Shown here: one piece after another, positions 1 to 12,330 of the stretch
Numbering within the stretch: the first letter of the stretch is position 1
How the letters are laid out: the number at the start of each line of letters is the position of its first letter
The notes under the pieces: generated by a model
Databases searched by the model: none
What the model saw: only the letters and a program-made list of their open reading frames with translations
Told to the model about the DNA's origin: nothing
DNA from: Octopus bimaculoides
Taxonomy: Eukaryota
Direction of reading: 5' to 3'
Length of the DNA stretch: 64,000 nucleotides
Assembly (NCBI RefSeq): GCF_001194135.2
Contig: NC_068985.1
Coordinates: 17,239,831-17,303,830, forward strand
Program-made: the position numbers and the translations under genes

Positions 1-731
1 ACTTAAAACACAACACCAGTTGGTGGGGGGGGGGAACACAGGTACAATGTCACACACACATAGGCACAAAGACAAACACACACACACACGACAGGTTATT
101 TTCAGTTTCCATCTATGAAATCCGCTCACAAGGCTTTGGTTGGCCCAAGGCTATAATAGAAGACACTTGCTCAAGTTCCCACACAGTGGGACTGAACCCA
201 CTATTTTCAAACTGAATGGAAACACCAAGACAAGGTTCTTCAAACATCGCCATTAAAAAGGGTTAACTGTAAAGTACCCCATAGTTGCCATGTTCTATTT
301 GTGAAGTCACAAATTCAATAAACTGAAAATATACTAATTTGTTGACTATCTTTCAGTTCTAAATAAATATTACATTCAAATATTCAATATAAATAAAAAC
401 AGAATCGAGAGGATAGGCACTACTAATTAGGTGGGTTGGGCGAGATTCCAGACGATGAAAATATAACTTTTTGAAATTACAAACACAGACACACCAACAT
501 TCTTTATGGTATTGCATTTCTTGACATACGACTATACTTGCTTGTCAACATTCAAATTCTGAGAAATAAAATAAAAAAATTAAAAAAAGCTATGATGGTG
601 TAAAACAAATTAAAAAGAAATATTTTCAGTGTTTACATTTATGAGTTACAGTTAATAGTAGATTGACACTATTTTCTCTTTTCTTTTCCCAATACATTTT
701 TGTCAGATTTATTTAATATATAAGTGCAAAA

Positions 732-1121
732 GTGGAGGCGCAATGGCCCAGTGGTTAGGGCAGCGGACTTGCAGTCATAGGATCGCGGTTTCAATTCCCA
801 GACCGGGTGTTGTGAGTGTTTATTGAGCGAAAACACCTAAAACTCCACGAGGCTCTGGCAGGGGATGGTGGCGAACCCTGCTGTACTCTTTCACCACAAC
901 TTTCTCTCACTCCTACTTCCTGTTTCTGTTGTGCCTGTAATTCAAAGGGTCAGCCTTGTCACACTGTGTCATGCTGAATATCCCCGAGAACTACGTTAAG
1001 GGTACACATGTCTGTGGAGTGCTCAGCCACTTGCATGTTAATTTCATGAGCAGGCTGTTCCAGTGATCAGATCAACTGGAACCCTCGACGTTGTAAGCGA
1101 CGGAGTGCCAACAACAACAAC
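732..1121 (+). mobile_element. tRNA-derived SINE (family A), full length
   Basis: A box TGGCCCAGTGG, B-box-like GGTTTCAATTCCC, (AAC)n tail, 9-bp TSD AAGTGCAAA (722-730 and 1122-1130); homologous to 25201-25588. Confidence 0.9.
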
Positions 1122-1339
1122 AAGTGCAAACACAGCTGTGAAGCTAAGAAGTTCACTTCACAACCATGTGGTTCTGGGTTCAATCCTACTGCTTGGCACC
1201 TTGAGTGAGTGTCTTTAACTGTGGCTTTGGGTTAGCCAATGACTTCTGAATGAAATTTTGTATATGGAAAGATACAGAATAAACAGCTTACTGTATATGC
1301 ATATAATTTTTCTTATAGAGATTGAAACTTTGTCTAGTA

Positions 1340-1654
1340 CAGGGCTGACGAACCTGAGGCCCATGGGCCGCATGCAGCATGTAGACTTTTATTTTGCAGC
1401 CCACTTGATACTTTCTTGAAGTATTGTGTTTAATTTCAAAATAAAACATTTGTTTCAAAATAAATTTAAAATTTATAGGTGGAAATAAAGCATTAGCCTA
1501 CAGTTTTATAATTTCAAACAAACAAAATCTATGAAAAATTCTTGATTCTGTAATTTGATTGTTTGACCATTAGAGCATAAAGTATACAAGTGACCCTCAA
1601 AAAGCTTTCTGTGATGAAAGTGGTCTGCATTGTAATTCGAGTTGACCAGGCCTG
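1340..1654. mobile_element. hAT (Charlie-like) MITE
   Basis: Termini CAGGGCTG...CAGGCCTG; flanks GTCTAGTA and GTCTAGAA (7/8 TSD, matching the Charlie NTCTAGAN target); GGCCC-GGGCC subterminal motif typical of hAT MITEs. Confidence 0.75.
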
Positions 1655-1826
1655 GTCTAGAAGCTCAAGTTTCAGTGGCCCAAAATTCAAGTTGAGAAAC
1701 AAAATCTCAGCTTCAGTTCCAATAGAAGAACCATATCCTTTGTATCACTGAGCACTCCTTTCTCAATTGTCCAACATAAAACAATGTGTGTGTGTGTGTA
1801 TATATATATGTGTGTGTGTATATATT

Positions 1827-1868
<42 letters not shown>

Positions 1869-2789
1869 ACAACTAATAATATGTATGAAGAAAATTATAT
1901 CTTAATTTTAGATCACACCTTAAAAATCCAACAACTGTTTAAATTGCATTAACATACATATATATATATATATATATATNNNNNNNNNNNNNNNNNNNNN
2001 NNNNNNNNNNNNNNNNNNNNNNNNNNNNNNNNNNNNNNNNNNNNNNNNNNNNNNNNNNNNNNNNNNNNNNNNNNNNNNNNNNNNNNNNNNNNNNNNNNNN
2101 NNNNNNNNNNNNNNNNNNNNNNNNNNNNNNNNNNNNNNNNNNNNNNNNNNNNNNNNNNNNNNNNNNNNNNNNNNNNNNNNNNNNNNNNNNNNNNNNNNNN
2201 NNTATTCATACACATACATATTATCAAAATTAATAATAATACGTATGAAAATTTATGGTAACATGCTATACATGAGGATTTACCTGGAATTTGCATTCTA
2301 CATACATTTACTGGTATCTACTTCCTGAAAATTTAATCTTATTCCTTTATACTGAGTACTTGATATCTGCCCGGATTTTTTATCCCGTTTTTTCTTATAT
2401 ATATATATATTTATTCAATTTGGATATAAACCCTGTATTTTGCATTACAAAGCTCAGCTACTGGTAGTAGCTAACAAATGCTATCATACAGTGAGTTTGA
2501 TTATATCACTGGATATACATCTGGAATTCCATAATATTCATAGAGTTTATACAAAAATATGAAAAACAGAAAATGAATAGAGCAATATGCTTTACTGCAT
2601 AACACTACAACTGTTTTAATGTCAATTCACCAATAGAAATATTACTTAAGTATTATATAAATATAGCAAGATTGATACCTAATGCTTCAGCAATGTTTTA
2701 CTGGTGAATCGACATTGAAGCAATTGTAGTGTTATGCAATAAAGCATGTTACTCAATCCATTTTCTGTTATTCATGTCTAACACAAGTA

Positions 2790-3120
2790 GGTATGCCTAC
2801 AAAGTCAGAAAACAGCACAGCTCCCATGACGTTCAGAAACATTTTTCCACACTTGGAGTTGCTGAAGCATGGCACAAACTACCTGCATCAGTTGTTAGTT
2901 GCTGAGACATTGCATCCTTTAAAACCTACATGCTTCCTGAAATTTGCCAACACTACACCTGATACCCCACCTCCATATGCATGCAAACATGTAGATCATG
3001 ACTCATACACTGTTCACTTTCCTGACTTTTGTACATAATTCTATGTACTGTACATGCACCTTTGATGAGTTGTAGTGCACCTGGGCACTATACACAATAA
3101 TTTCATTATTATTATTATTA
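2790..3120 (+). mobile_element. CR1/L2-like LINE 3' end
   Basis: Frame HDVQKHFSTLGVAEAWHKLPASVVSC*DIASFK resembles the CR1 ORF2 C-terminus (FF..RV..AWN.LP..VV...S...FK); (ATT)n tail. Confidence 0.7.
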
Positions 3121-3122
3121 TA

Positions 3123-4005
3123 AGGTGCAGGCACTACTGTGTGGTAAGTAGCTTGTTTACCAACCACATGGTACTGGGTTCAGTTCCACTGCGTGGCACC
3201 TTGGGCAAGTATCTTCTACTATAGCCTCAGGCCGCCCAAAGCCTTATGAGTGGATTTGGTAGACAGAAAGAAGCCCNNNNNNNNNNNNNNNNNNNNNNNN
3301 NNNNNNNNNNNNNNNNNNNNNNNNNNNNNNNNNNNNNNNNNNNNNNNNNNNNNNNNNNNNNNNNNNNNNNNNNNNNNNNNNNNNNNNNNNNNNNNNNNNN
3401 NNNNNNNNNNNNNNNNNNNNNNNNNNNNNNNNNNNNNNNNNNNNNNNNNNNNNNNNNNNNNNNNNNNNNNNNNNNNNNNNNNNNNNNNNNNNNNNNNNNN
3501 NNNNNNNNNNNNNNNNNNNNNNNNNNNNNNNNNNNNNNNNNNNNNNNNNNNNNNNNNNNCTCTAAATGAAGTATTAACAGTAACTGCACGATAAAGTGTA
3601 GTATATTGCCACTTAAGTGTGGCTGACCCCTAGGGGTGGATATTACTGTTGCTTTTAGCCCCAGGAAGACATCTCCTCCAGCTGGCTTATCGACACACTA
3701 CTGTGTCCTGTTTGCCAAGGGAAGTTATCCCTCCCATCATGATCTGTAGCACGAACAGACATACATACGATGTATGTATGTATGTGTGTGTGTATATGTG
3801 TGTCTGTGTTTGTGCCCCCACCACCATCGCTTGACAACTGATGTTGGTGTGTTTACATCCCCATAACTTAGCAGTTCCGCCAAAGAGACCAATAGGATAA
3901 GTACTAGGCTTACAAAGAATAAGTCCTAGGGTTGATTTCTTTGACTAAAGGCGGTGCTCCAACATGGCCACAGTTAAATGACTGAAAAGAGTAAAAGAAT
4001 AAAAG
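3123..4005 (+). mobile_element. SINE family B (CORE-like), broken by a gap and an insertion
   Basis: Head at 3123-3276 (GGCACCTTGGGCAAGT core-like motif) ends at the microsatellite site where the N-gap starts; 3' half at about 3760-4005. Confidence 0.8.
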
Positions 4006-6199
4006 AATATGATGATGACGAAATAACTAATTTGGCATTACTTAAGTTTTATGATCATTGTGTGCTTTATCTAAATGTTCCTTTATCCAAAGAACCCAAT
4101 TGGATGTTGGGAAAACTCCAGAATGACAGTCAACTGGATCAGTCAAAATGAACACGTGTGTGTGTGTGTGTGTGTGTGCACTTGTGAGCCACACAGAAAT
4201 ACATCAGGAAGAAAAGCGATAAAGGAAAAAAAAAAATACCTTGTGATATTTGTTCCACCCGTGTTTCACAGACAACTCCTTGTTACTCTTGTCCTCAGAA
4301 ACAGAATGAACCAATGATTGGCCTATTAAGAAATCTATAACCAACAAAGCTATTGTTCTCAAGATGTATGAAAAAAAAAAAAGAAAACTAAATATGAACA
4401 TGAAATTACAACTATAAAAACATAAATAAGAGAAAAACAAACAATATTTCTATAATAAGAACCTTTGTTCTTATCTGTTGGTCATGTGCTGTCGGCTTTT
4501 TCTAGCATATCATTCACTGTTCAGTATGTCAGTAGCAGTGTTTGTCTGTTTCACTTCTTTTAATAGTATTGTATGCTCCAAGTGCCATCTTTTCCTTTCT
4601 CTTTAGCTGATTCTTCGTATATACACAAACACACTCTCTCTTTCTCTATTTATCTATCTATCTATCTATCTATCTATCACTCTACGTTCATATTCCTTTC
4701 TTTGTCTTCTTATCCTTCGTTTTAAGAATGGGGAATTTTTGAACACACACACACAAGCATATTACAGTCTATAAGTAATCAGGAAGAATCTAATTCAAAA
4801 GACATTCATAAATGGCATCAAATCTTCTACATATATGACAAGGACAGAATCATGCCAACAAAGAAGCCTCAACATGGTCACTGGATCTGCTAGAAACAGT
4901 AACCAATTATCCCCCAAATCTTATAACTACAGTAGTGGGGGAGAAACACATACATCATCATCATTGTTTAACATCCACCTTCTATGCTAGCATGGGTGAG
5001 ACGGTTTCACAAGAGCCGGCCAGGCAGGAGCCTGCACCAAACTTGTGACTGTTTTGGCAGGATTTTTACAGTTGGATGCCCTTCCTAACACCAACCACCC
5101 AACAGAGTGGACTTAATGCTTTTTACATGGCACAAGCACAGGCTAGGTCAGTTTTGGCAATGTTTTTACAACTGGATGCCCTTCCAAACACCAACCACTT
5201 TACAGTGTGGACTGGGTGCTTTTAAGTGGCACCTGCACTGACAGGGTCACCAAGTACTTGCAAAAAAAAAAAAAAAAAACTTTCAAGAGGGGAGGGGGTA
5301 TTGGAGGAGGTGATCTTGTGTCAGATGATGAAAGGTTATAGTGAGACAGAGAGACAGAAACAGGTGTCTTGCTGTAGATGAAGTACAAGGTTATCTGTCT
5401 GGAGAGAGAGATCAGGAATGAAGACAGAGACAGGTGCACTACCGCTAAGGAAATACATGGTTACCCAACCTGAGGAAGTGCAGGAGAAGGAGAGAGAGAG
5501 AGTAGGAGATATATACATAGATATATATACGACAGGCTTCTTTTAGTTTCCATCTACCAAATCCATTCACAAAGCTTTGGTCAGCTTGAGACTATAATAG
5601 AAAACACTTGCCCATGGTGCCACACAGTGGGATTGAACCTGGAACCAAATAGTTGGAAGCAAAATTTTTACCACATAGCAATGCTTGCACTTAAGCATTC
5701 ACACAGTTTTGAATTAACCATGCTTTGAGATTTCGATAATGTGATTGTTTATTTTTAAGATGACATTGTGGAGTAAGTGTAAGAAACCAGATCTGGCCAT
5801 TTTGAATGTAAAACCAGTAAGATTATTTGGGCCCTGATATGGCTAGTTCAAATACTAAAGGGTTAAATGTTAAAAAGTTTTTGAATATATAAATAAAAAC
5901 ATGTAAAAAGTTGTGTTAAAAACTAGCTGAGACATTACTAAAACTGAGTTAGAAGTGAAATGTCTAAGGGGAAATCACCAGATGTGAAATGTCAAAGGTG
6001 AAATGTCAGAGGAAGCCTTTTAATTGTTAATGATAAATATTGGGGACTGCTACAATCCCAAAATCTGCTTTTAAGATAACATTATTTGTTTACATTTATA
6101 ATTTGGGACATTTCTAAAATTTGATTTTCCATATATTCATTAAACTGGTATTTATATTATTACTGTGTTAATTTATGTTTATCTTTTTCTTATTTCAGT

Positions 6200-6545
6200 T
6201 GGTGCACTGTGGCCATGCTAGGGCACTGCCCTGAAGGATTTAATCAAACAAATCAACCCCAATCCTTTTTTTTATTTACCTTTTTAAGGCCGGTTTTTAT
6301 TCTATCAGTCTCTTTCACTAAATCACTAAGTCACAGGACATAAACCAACACTGGTTTCCAAGTAAGGGAAGGGAGGACAAAGACACACACACATCTGGCT
6401 TCCACACAGTTTTCATCTACCAAATCCACTCACAAGGCAGTGGTTGACCAAGGGCTCTAATAGAAAGCACCCAAGTTGCCCCACAATGGGAGTGAATACA
6501 AAATCACATGATTACAAAGCATGCATTTTAACCACATACCCATGC
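6200..6545 (-). mobile_element. SINE family B, diverged
   Basis: Reverse-complement similarity to 58130-58530. Other minus-strand pieces at 1-200, 5525-5690, 55060-55160 and 63760-64000. Confidence 0.75.
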
Positions 6546-6780
6546 CTGCACCTATCTATATAAAATGTGTTTGGTGAAGTGTGATCATTGTTTCAGTTAT
6601 TTAGTTAAAATTTTTGGTGGTGTCGCTTTGTTTGGATCATAATATCCCCCAATTACCCACCTTTCAAATATATATTTAGTTTTATAATATACAAAGGTAT
6701 ATTATATCTTTTATGGTAAAGATAATGTTAGCATGTTTCAGTGTAGTGAGCATTGAAACTGTAATTGGAAATGAATATGT

Positions 6781-7060
6781 GGTGAGGAAAAGACAATATT
6801 AGTTGTTAATTAATATTATTTTGATAATTTTGGTAAGTATGGCAAAACAACTCTAAAGACATTTTCCTCTTATTAGACCTTCTCAGTAGAGCAGAGACCT
6901 CATCATACTTGCCAAAGTAGTGGTGAGGAAAAAAACCAATATTAGTTGCTCAAAAATAATATTTTGATATTTTCAGCAAGTATGGGAGATAACTTTAAAG
7001 TATTTCAGCCTTATTAGACCTCTTCTGTAAAATAGAGACTTCACCAAACTTGTCGAATTA
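6781..7060. repeat. Diverged tandem duplication, period 141 bp
   Basis: GGTGAGGAAAA..CAATATTAGTTG starts at 6781 and 6922; TTATTAGACCT and AGAGAC(C/T)TCA recur in register. Confidence 0.8.
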
Positions 7061-7745
7061 ATGATGAGAATATAATACATGAGCAAGAGTGAAAAATTGC
7101 CATATTTAAAAATGGGATCATTAAGTGCCCTTATCAATAATAAACAAATACTATTTTCTGTTTCTTTGTCAATATTTTTCTTAAACCTGTTTTATGTATA
7201 AAGACAAACAAGACAATTAAGTGATAATCATAACATTAAACAAAGCATGGTTTTGCATTTTCTTCTCTTATCTATTGGTCATGTGATATGTTATTAAGTA
7301 TTAGTAGCTACTGTTGCTCCGTAGCATCACCTGTCGGTAATTTTTTCCTCTTTTAATCTCTCTTGGTTGCAGGTACCTATCCTTTCTTTTTTTCTCTTCC
7401 AGTAACAATCCCTCTCTCTCTCTCTCTCTCTCACTCTGTTTCATTGTTACCTTTCACTCTTTTAGTTACATTTTTCACTCCCTTCAGCTTCTTCTCAATC
7501 TCTCTTTCTCTCTTCGCTCTCTCTCCAATTCTTCTTTCTTAATGCCCTTCTTCTTTTCCAGTTTTTCAGAACCACACACACATACATACACCATCAATAT
7601 ATGATCTTATACAATGGAAATATCTTTACTATATGAAATCATTGTTAATTTAATGAGTAGAAAGAAATTAGCAATATTTTTGTAACTCAACTAATTCTCT
7701 TTTATTGCAGGTAAATTTGAATATGTTAAATACAAATTACATTAG

Positions 7746-7746
<1 letters not shown>

Positions 7747-7811
<65 letters not shown>

Positions 7812-7812
7812 A
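7747..7812. repeat. (TG)n(TGCG)n compound microsatellite
   Basis: Read directly from the sequence. Confidence 0.95.
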
Positions 7813-10212
7813 CGTGCATGTATGCTGTAAATAGTTTTAATGTTATATTTCTGCTAATCATTTAAAATTTTATGATGTCTCTCATTTTGAGATGTATTCT
7901 TTAAAACTGGATTTAGAAAAAGGTGGGGGGAAACTTTTCTTGCTTGTTTCAAATGTTCAGTCTCATAATGTCAAAAATAGTATTGTTTAGATAAAAAATA
8001 TTAATTACTTTTTAAGAAACAAGTTAAAAGTAAAAAAACATAACACTGTTTCCAAAGTTTATATGGAAGATTTTTCTTTTAATAAAAACTTTTTACATTA
8101 CATAAACACACCATCACTATCACCACCACCACCACCACCACCACAAAAGAATAGCCATTCTTAATCATGTTAATGTACCTAGTTTAATTATAAAGTATGC
8201 CTTACATTGTATATATAATCCATTTTGTATAAGTAAACATCAACAATTTTGTGAAAGTCATTTTGAATTATTGTATATAGCAACAACTGGACTGTTGTAA
8301 ATTGCCCTCAACCAGTTTTCTATCTATCTATATATATATATATATACCATATTTGCCAGTGTATAAGATGCACCCCTATTTTACAAGTATATTTTGTGGA
8401 GAAAAACAAATTTAGTATGTTTCAGCATACACTCATTCAATGATATTTCAAAGTGGTTTTGTAGAAGAAAATGCATGATTCTGTGCAGGTACATACAATG
8501 TAGTGACAGTATACTGGAATAAAGTATATAAACTATAAATTTATCATAAATAAACTACATTATACAAGTACCGTATTGAAATTTCAGATCTTCCTTTGAT
8601 CAAGAGGATATTGCCATACAGAACGTAAAACTCATATTTCTGGCTTAATGTTTTGTGTTACCACAATCAGCCACCAGGGTGGCACAGCCCCACTGTAGCT
8701 TAATTGTCATTCACTCATTGCAAATAGCTAACAGGCAGATGAAACTTTAGCATATCTTTCATCTTTCTAGGAGAATTTTTCATTTAGATAATAAATTATT
8801 CTTAAAGATAGCACAGATATTAAATAAGACATAGATTAGGTATGAGTTATACATGCTGAAGAAGGAGGTACAGTGAGATCATGTCACTCATCCATGCAAC
8901 TGCCAACAAATCATAAGCAATGTTTTGTAACTATGTGCTAACAAATCATGATCATTTGGCTTGTTTTTAATGTTTTATTACTAGTAAAAACTGTTGTGAT
9001 TGTGACTTGTGGCCTTATGCTCATCTGGCTCCCTAGCTTATGGCACTTGGACTCCCATCTGTAATGTGATCACATTTTTTTGATACATTTAACAACAAAA
9101 AAAAAAGGTGCATCATCTACACCAGTAAATACAGTATATGATTCATTTGCAAATTTTCAAAATTATACTTTCATAAAAATGTGACAGTTTGAATGACCAA
9201 ACACAGTTATAAATAATACTACATCTGTTTTTGTAACATCTTTTTCCAATATTGATGTTATTCTAACTTTATCTTCTTGTCTTCTGACATAAATATAGAA
9301 CAACTATGGAGAGTAAATGGCATTTCTATAGTATCTTAAGATTAAAAGTTGGAAAGAAAATCATTTAGACAAACTTTACCAGTAGAGATAAAGTGAATTA
9401 TACAAAGAGTTTTATAATAACTTATTATTATTCATTATTAAGAGATTAAACTAATTATTGGAATTAGTAGGGTCTTATGTTTAAGATATGTTTAAGACAT
9501 AAGTTCCAATATTTTAAAAGACTGGCACTAATTTCAGTCGACTAAGAGAAAGATTAATTTTAATGAGTATCATTTAAAAATTTCCAAGCATTTGTGCTAT
9601 CATTTGGACATTATTATAAAAAAAAAAACATTTTTACAGAGATCAAGTAAAATAAATCCTAATAGTATGAAAACACACAAAATCTTCAAGATAGGAACCA
9701 ACTTAAAATATCAAATTAATTGTTAACAAAAACTAAATCCAAAACAGTCAGTAAAAGGCAATGTTATTTCAAAATTTTACCTGAATACACCAAATTATAT
9801 AAACTATGGAAAAAACAACAGACATCAAATCATCCATAGTCAACAACATTTCATATGTACAAGCAAATAGACATAACTATCATCAAAACATCACAGATAC
9901 ATAAGAACATTGAAAATAAACAATTCATTCTTTATCAATATACAGAAATACTCATAGGTTTGAAAAGTAAAGGCCCATACATACATGCAAACACACACAT
10001 ATTCACAGGTGCAGGCGCACGCACACACACACACACACACAATAAAAAATTGCATGTTACTGCAGCACTATATTTTGGAATGTACATTGTTTTGAGTGAT
10101 CACATTAAAAACCTTGTTGGGACCAATTTTTGAGAACTGTAAGAAAAGAAAATTTCAAAGATATACAATTTCACAAACCTATAAAAAAAATCTGTACAAT
10201 GAAAAGAAAGTC

Positions 10213-10587
10213 TCAAGCTAACTGTACATCTCCACATAGACTGGAAGATGAGTCTTTCTTACAACTTTCACACAATTTGCTCTCTGATGGATGTTCATAA
10301 ATATTTTCAATGTAGATTACTCTGTTGTACGCTCTCCATCTATGACATAAATTTACATACATTTTGCATTGAACATACATAAAAACAAGACCTCCAGTGA
10401 AACCAATAGCTACAACAATAATTTTTGTCCAAAATGGCCACTCAAGTACTCCCCGTCTCATTTCTTCAGTGGTCCGATCAATCAGCACATAGAGAGACCA
10501 TACTACACATGTTATTGCAACAATATGGAATGTCACTGAACAGATTATCTTTCTTTTCTCAACTGAAGTCATCTGTAGTCTCTCCCA
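10213..10587 (-). CDS. MARCHF8: MARCHF1/8-like E3 ligase, last coding exon (TM1, TM2, cytosolic tail, TGA)
   Basis: [39 protein letters not shown]...[33 protein letters not shown]...AYNRVIY is the MARCH1/8 TM-region signature. Acceptor TTTTCTCTTTTTCAG|TGG at 10588/10587 joins in frame to the RING exon across a ~10.1 kb intron; stop TGA at 10215-10213. Confidence 0.95.
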   Translation of the reverse strand, partial: WERLQMTSVEKRKIICSVTFHIVAITCVVWSLYVLIDRTTEEMRRGVLEWPFWTKIIVVAIGFTGGLVFMYVQCKMYVNLCHRWRAYNRVIYIENIYEHPSESKLCESCKKDSSSSLCGDVQLA

Positions 10588-11411
10588 CTGAAAAAGAGAA
10601 AAAGAAATGAAAAATAGACAGAAGTAAAAAAAAAAATCAAAAAAAAATCTCAAAACTAATTTTAATATTTCAACTACAGCTGTTGTTTAATCCTGATCAA
10701 TAAGATCTATAATCAAAGGCATTCCAGCTATTATGATCTTGACTTTAACTCAAAGATAATAAGACTATATTATTCAATGTGTCTTTCATTTGGAAGATTT
10801 GACTTCTATTTCTAGCTTGTGGTGCAACTGTCAACATGAATGGAAAAGTAAACTCAGAATTAGTAAAGAAAATAGGATGAAAAAAATCGTGAAATAATGT
10901 TTCTAAATTACATCTGCGATATTCAAAGTATAATTCTAAAGACTATACAATATTGATAATGCTAAATCTAAACAGTGGCTGTTATCAATCAGCATGAGTA
11001 ATCATCAAATAGAAGCCATCTTGAAAGAAATCCAAACAACTGTTGAGAGGGCCAGACATTGAATACAGCTGAAAAGGGGTGACAAAATTTGATAGGAGGA
11101 GTGATGTATAGATGTATGGCAAGTACCTGTTTGCCTGTGTGGCAAATCAGATGTGCATGACTTAAAAATTTGAATGTTACTGATGATCTTAGGATGAAGG
11201 ATTTAAGATCAAATACTAGTCAGTTGATCCAGTAGGCAGGACCTCACATCGGTGATGTAAGGGGCTGGTGCACTGTAAAGTCATTGAGAAGACAGCCCTG
11301 AAACAATGCACGTTCTCTCCTGATGATACCTAAAACTTACTGGTGTTCAGTATGTGGTGATTTTGATTCACAGCAATTGCACAAGCAAGTGTTTGAAAGT
11401 CTCTAAATATA

Positions 11412-11570
11412 TACAAGGTGTATCAAAAAGTTGCCAAACTCATTCTGTAGCATGCCAACAGATGGCAGCACACAGCTCATGCACAGTGAAAGCCTAGCAG
11501 TGACCTTCATGAGACGGTATGTTGAGTGACATCACTGTGTTTACTTCACAAGTTGTGAAATTTGTGATTA
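11412..11570 (+). mobile_element. Tc1/mariner-type non-autonomous element end
   Basis: TA|CAAGGTGTATCAAAAAGTT terminus resembles mariner TIRs; the second TIR was not found. Confidence 0.45.
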
Positions 11571-11584
11571 CATGTGTATTGTAG

Positions 11585-11768
11585 TGTATTGTAGTAATCT
11601 GTAGATAAAATTAGGGTACTTGGGTATGCCTCTAGGCTTCATCAGAGAGTTTTATAAGATAGTCCAAATTAACCCTATGAACTTCTTGGACTATCTTATA
11701 AAACTCTCTGATGAAGCCTAGAGGCATACCCAAGTACCCTAATTTTATCAACAGATTACTACAATACA
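11585..11768. repeat. ~82-bp-arm near-perfect inverted repeat with an 18-nt loop
   Basis: Arms 11585-11666 and 11685-11768 differ by one mismatch and one 1-nt indel. Confidence 0.95.
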
Positions 11769-11995
11769 ATGAAAAGATGGAAATAACATATGGGGTATTG
11801 TGACCTCTTGGATGAAACAGCTGTAAGAAACACACATACAATCATATACACATATATATGTATATATATACATGTACATACTGGCACTCCTTCAGTTACA
11901 ACAAGCATACCAGCTGATCTGATAAACGTAACAGCTCGCTCATGAAATTAACATAAGATTAATGCGCAAGTAGCTGAGCACTCCACAAATGCTGA

Positions 11996-12330
11996 GACCC
12001 CCTTCAGTCATGACTGACCATGGGATTGCACCTAGAAAGTTACCCTCTCAGGCACAAGCCCGGGCAAGGGTGTTTATAGAAGACCAGCAGTCGCCCGTGC
12101 ATACTGGCCTCCCCTCTCCATGCCACCAGTGTTATCCAAGGGAAAGGCAAAGGCCGATACAGCTTGGCACCTGTGACGTCACAATTAATTTCTACAGCTG
12201 AGTGAACTGGAGCGACGTGAAATAAAGTGTCTTGCTGAAGTACACAACATGCAGTCTGGTCCAGGATTTGAACTCACAACCTAATGATCGTAAGCTCGAC
12301 GCTCTAACCACTGAGCCATGCGCCTTCACC
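11996..12330 (-). mobile_element. tRNA-derived SINE (family H) nested in a family A remnant
   Basis: Head GGTGAAGGCGCATGGCTCAGTGGTTAGAGC...GAGTTCAAATCC; family A sequence is split on either side, with CTCCACA duplicated. Confidence 0.8.

Noticed and set aside
732-810. tRNA-like sequences (also at 12260-12330, 25510-25588, 41349-41420 and 45527-45595)
   Set aside because: They are SINE heads: acceptor stems and anticodon arms do not close properly, and each continues into a repeat body.
1687-2296. ORFs rich in YI/CV/TH dipeptides or X runs (also at 15.5, 20, 26-28, 34.5 and 46.2 kb)
   Set aside because: They are translations of (TA)n, (TG)n and (GATA)n microsatellites and N-gaps, not proteins.
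8974-8979. AATAAA (minus strand) as the MARCH polyadenylation signal
   Set aside because: One of several candidate hexamers in AT-rich sequence; the 3' end cannot be fixed from sequence alone.
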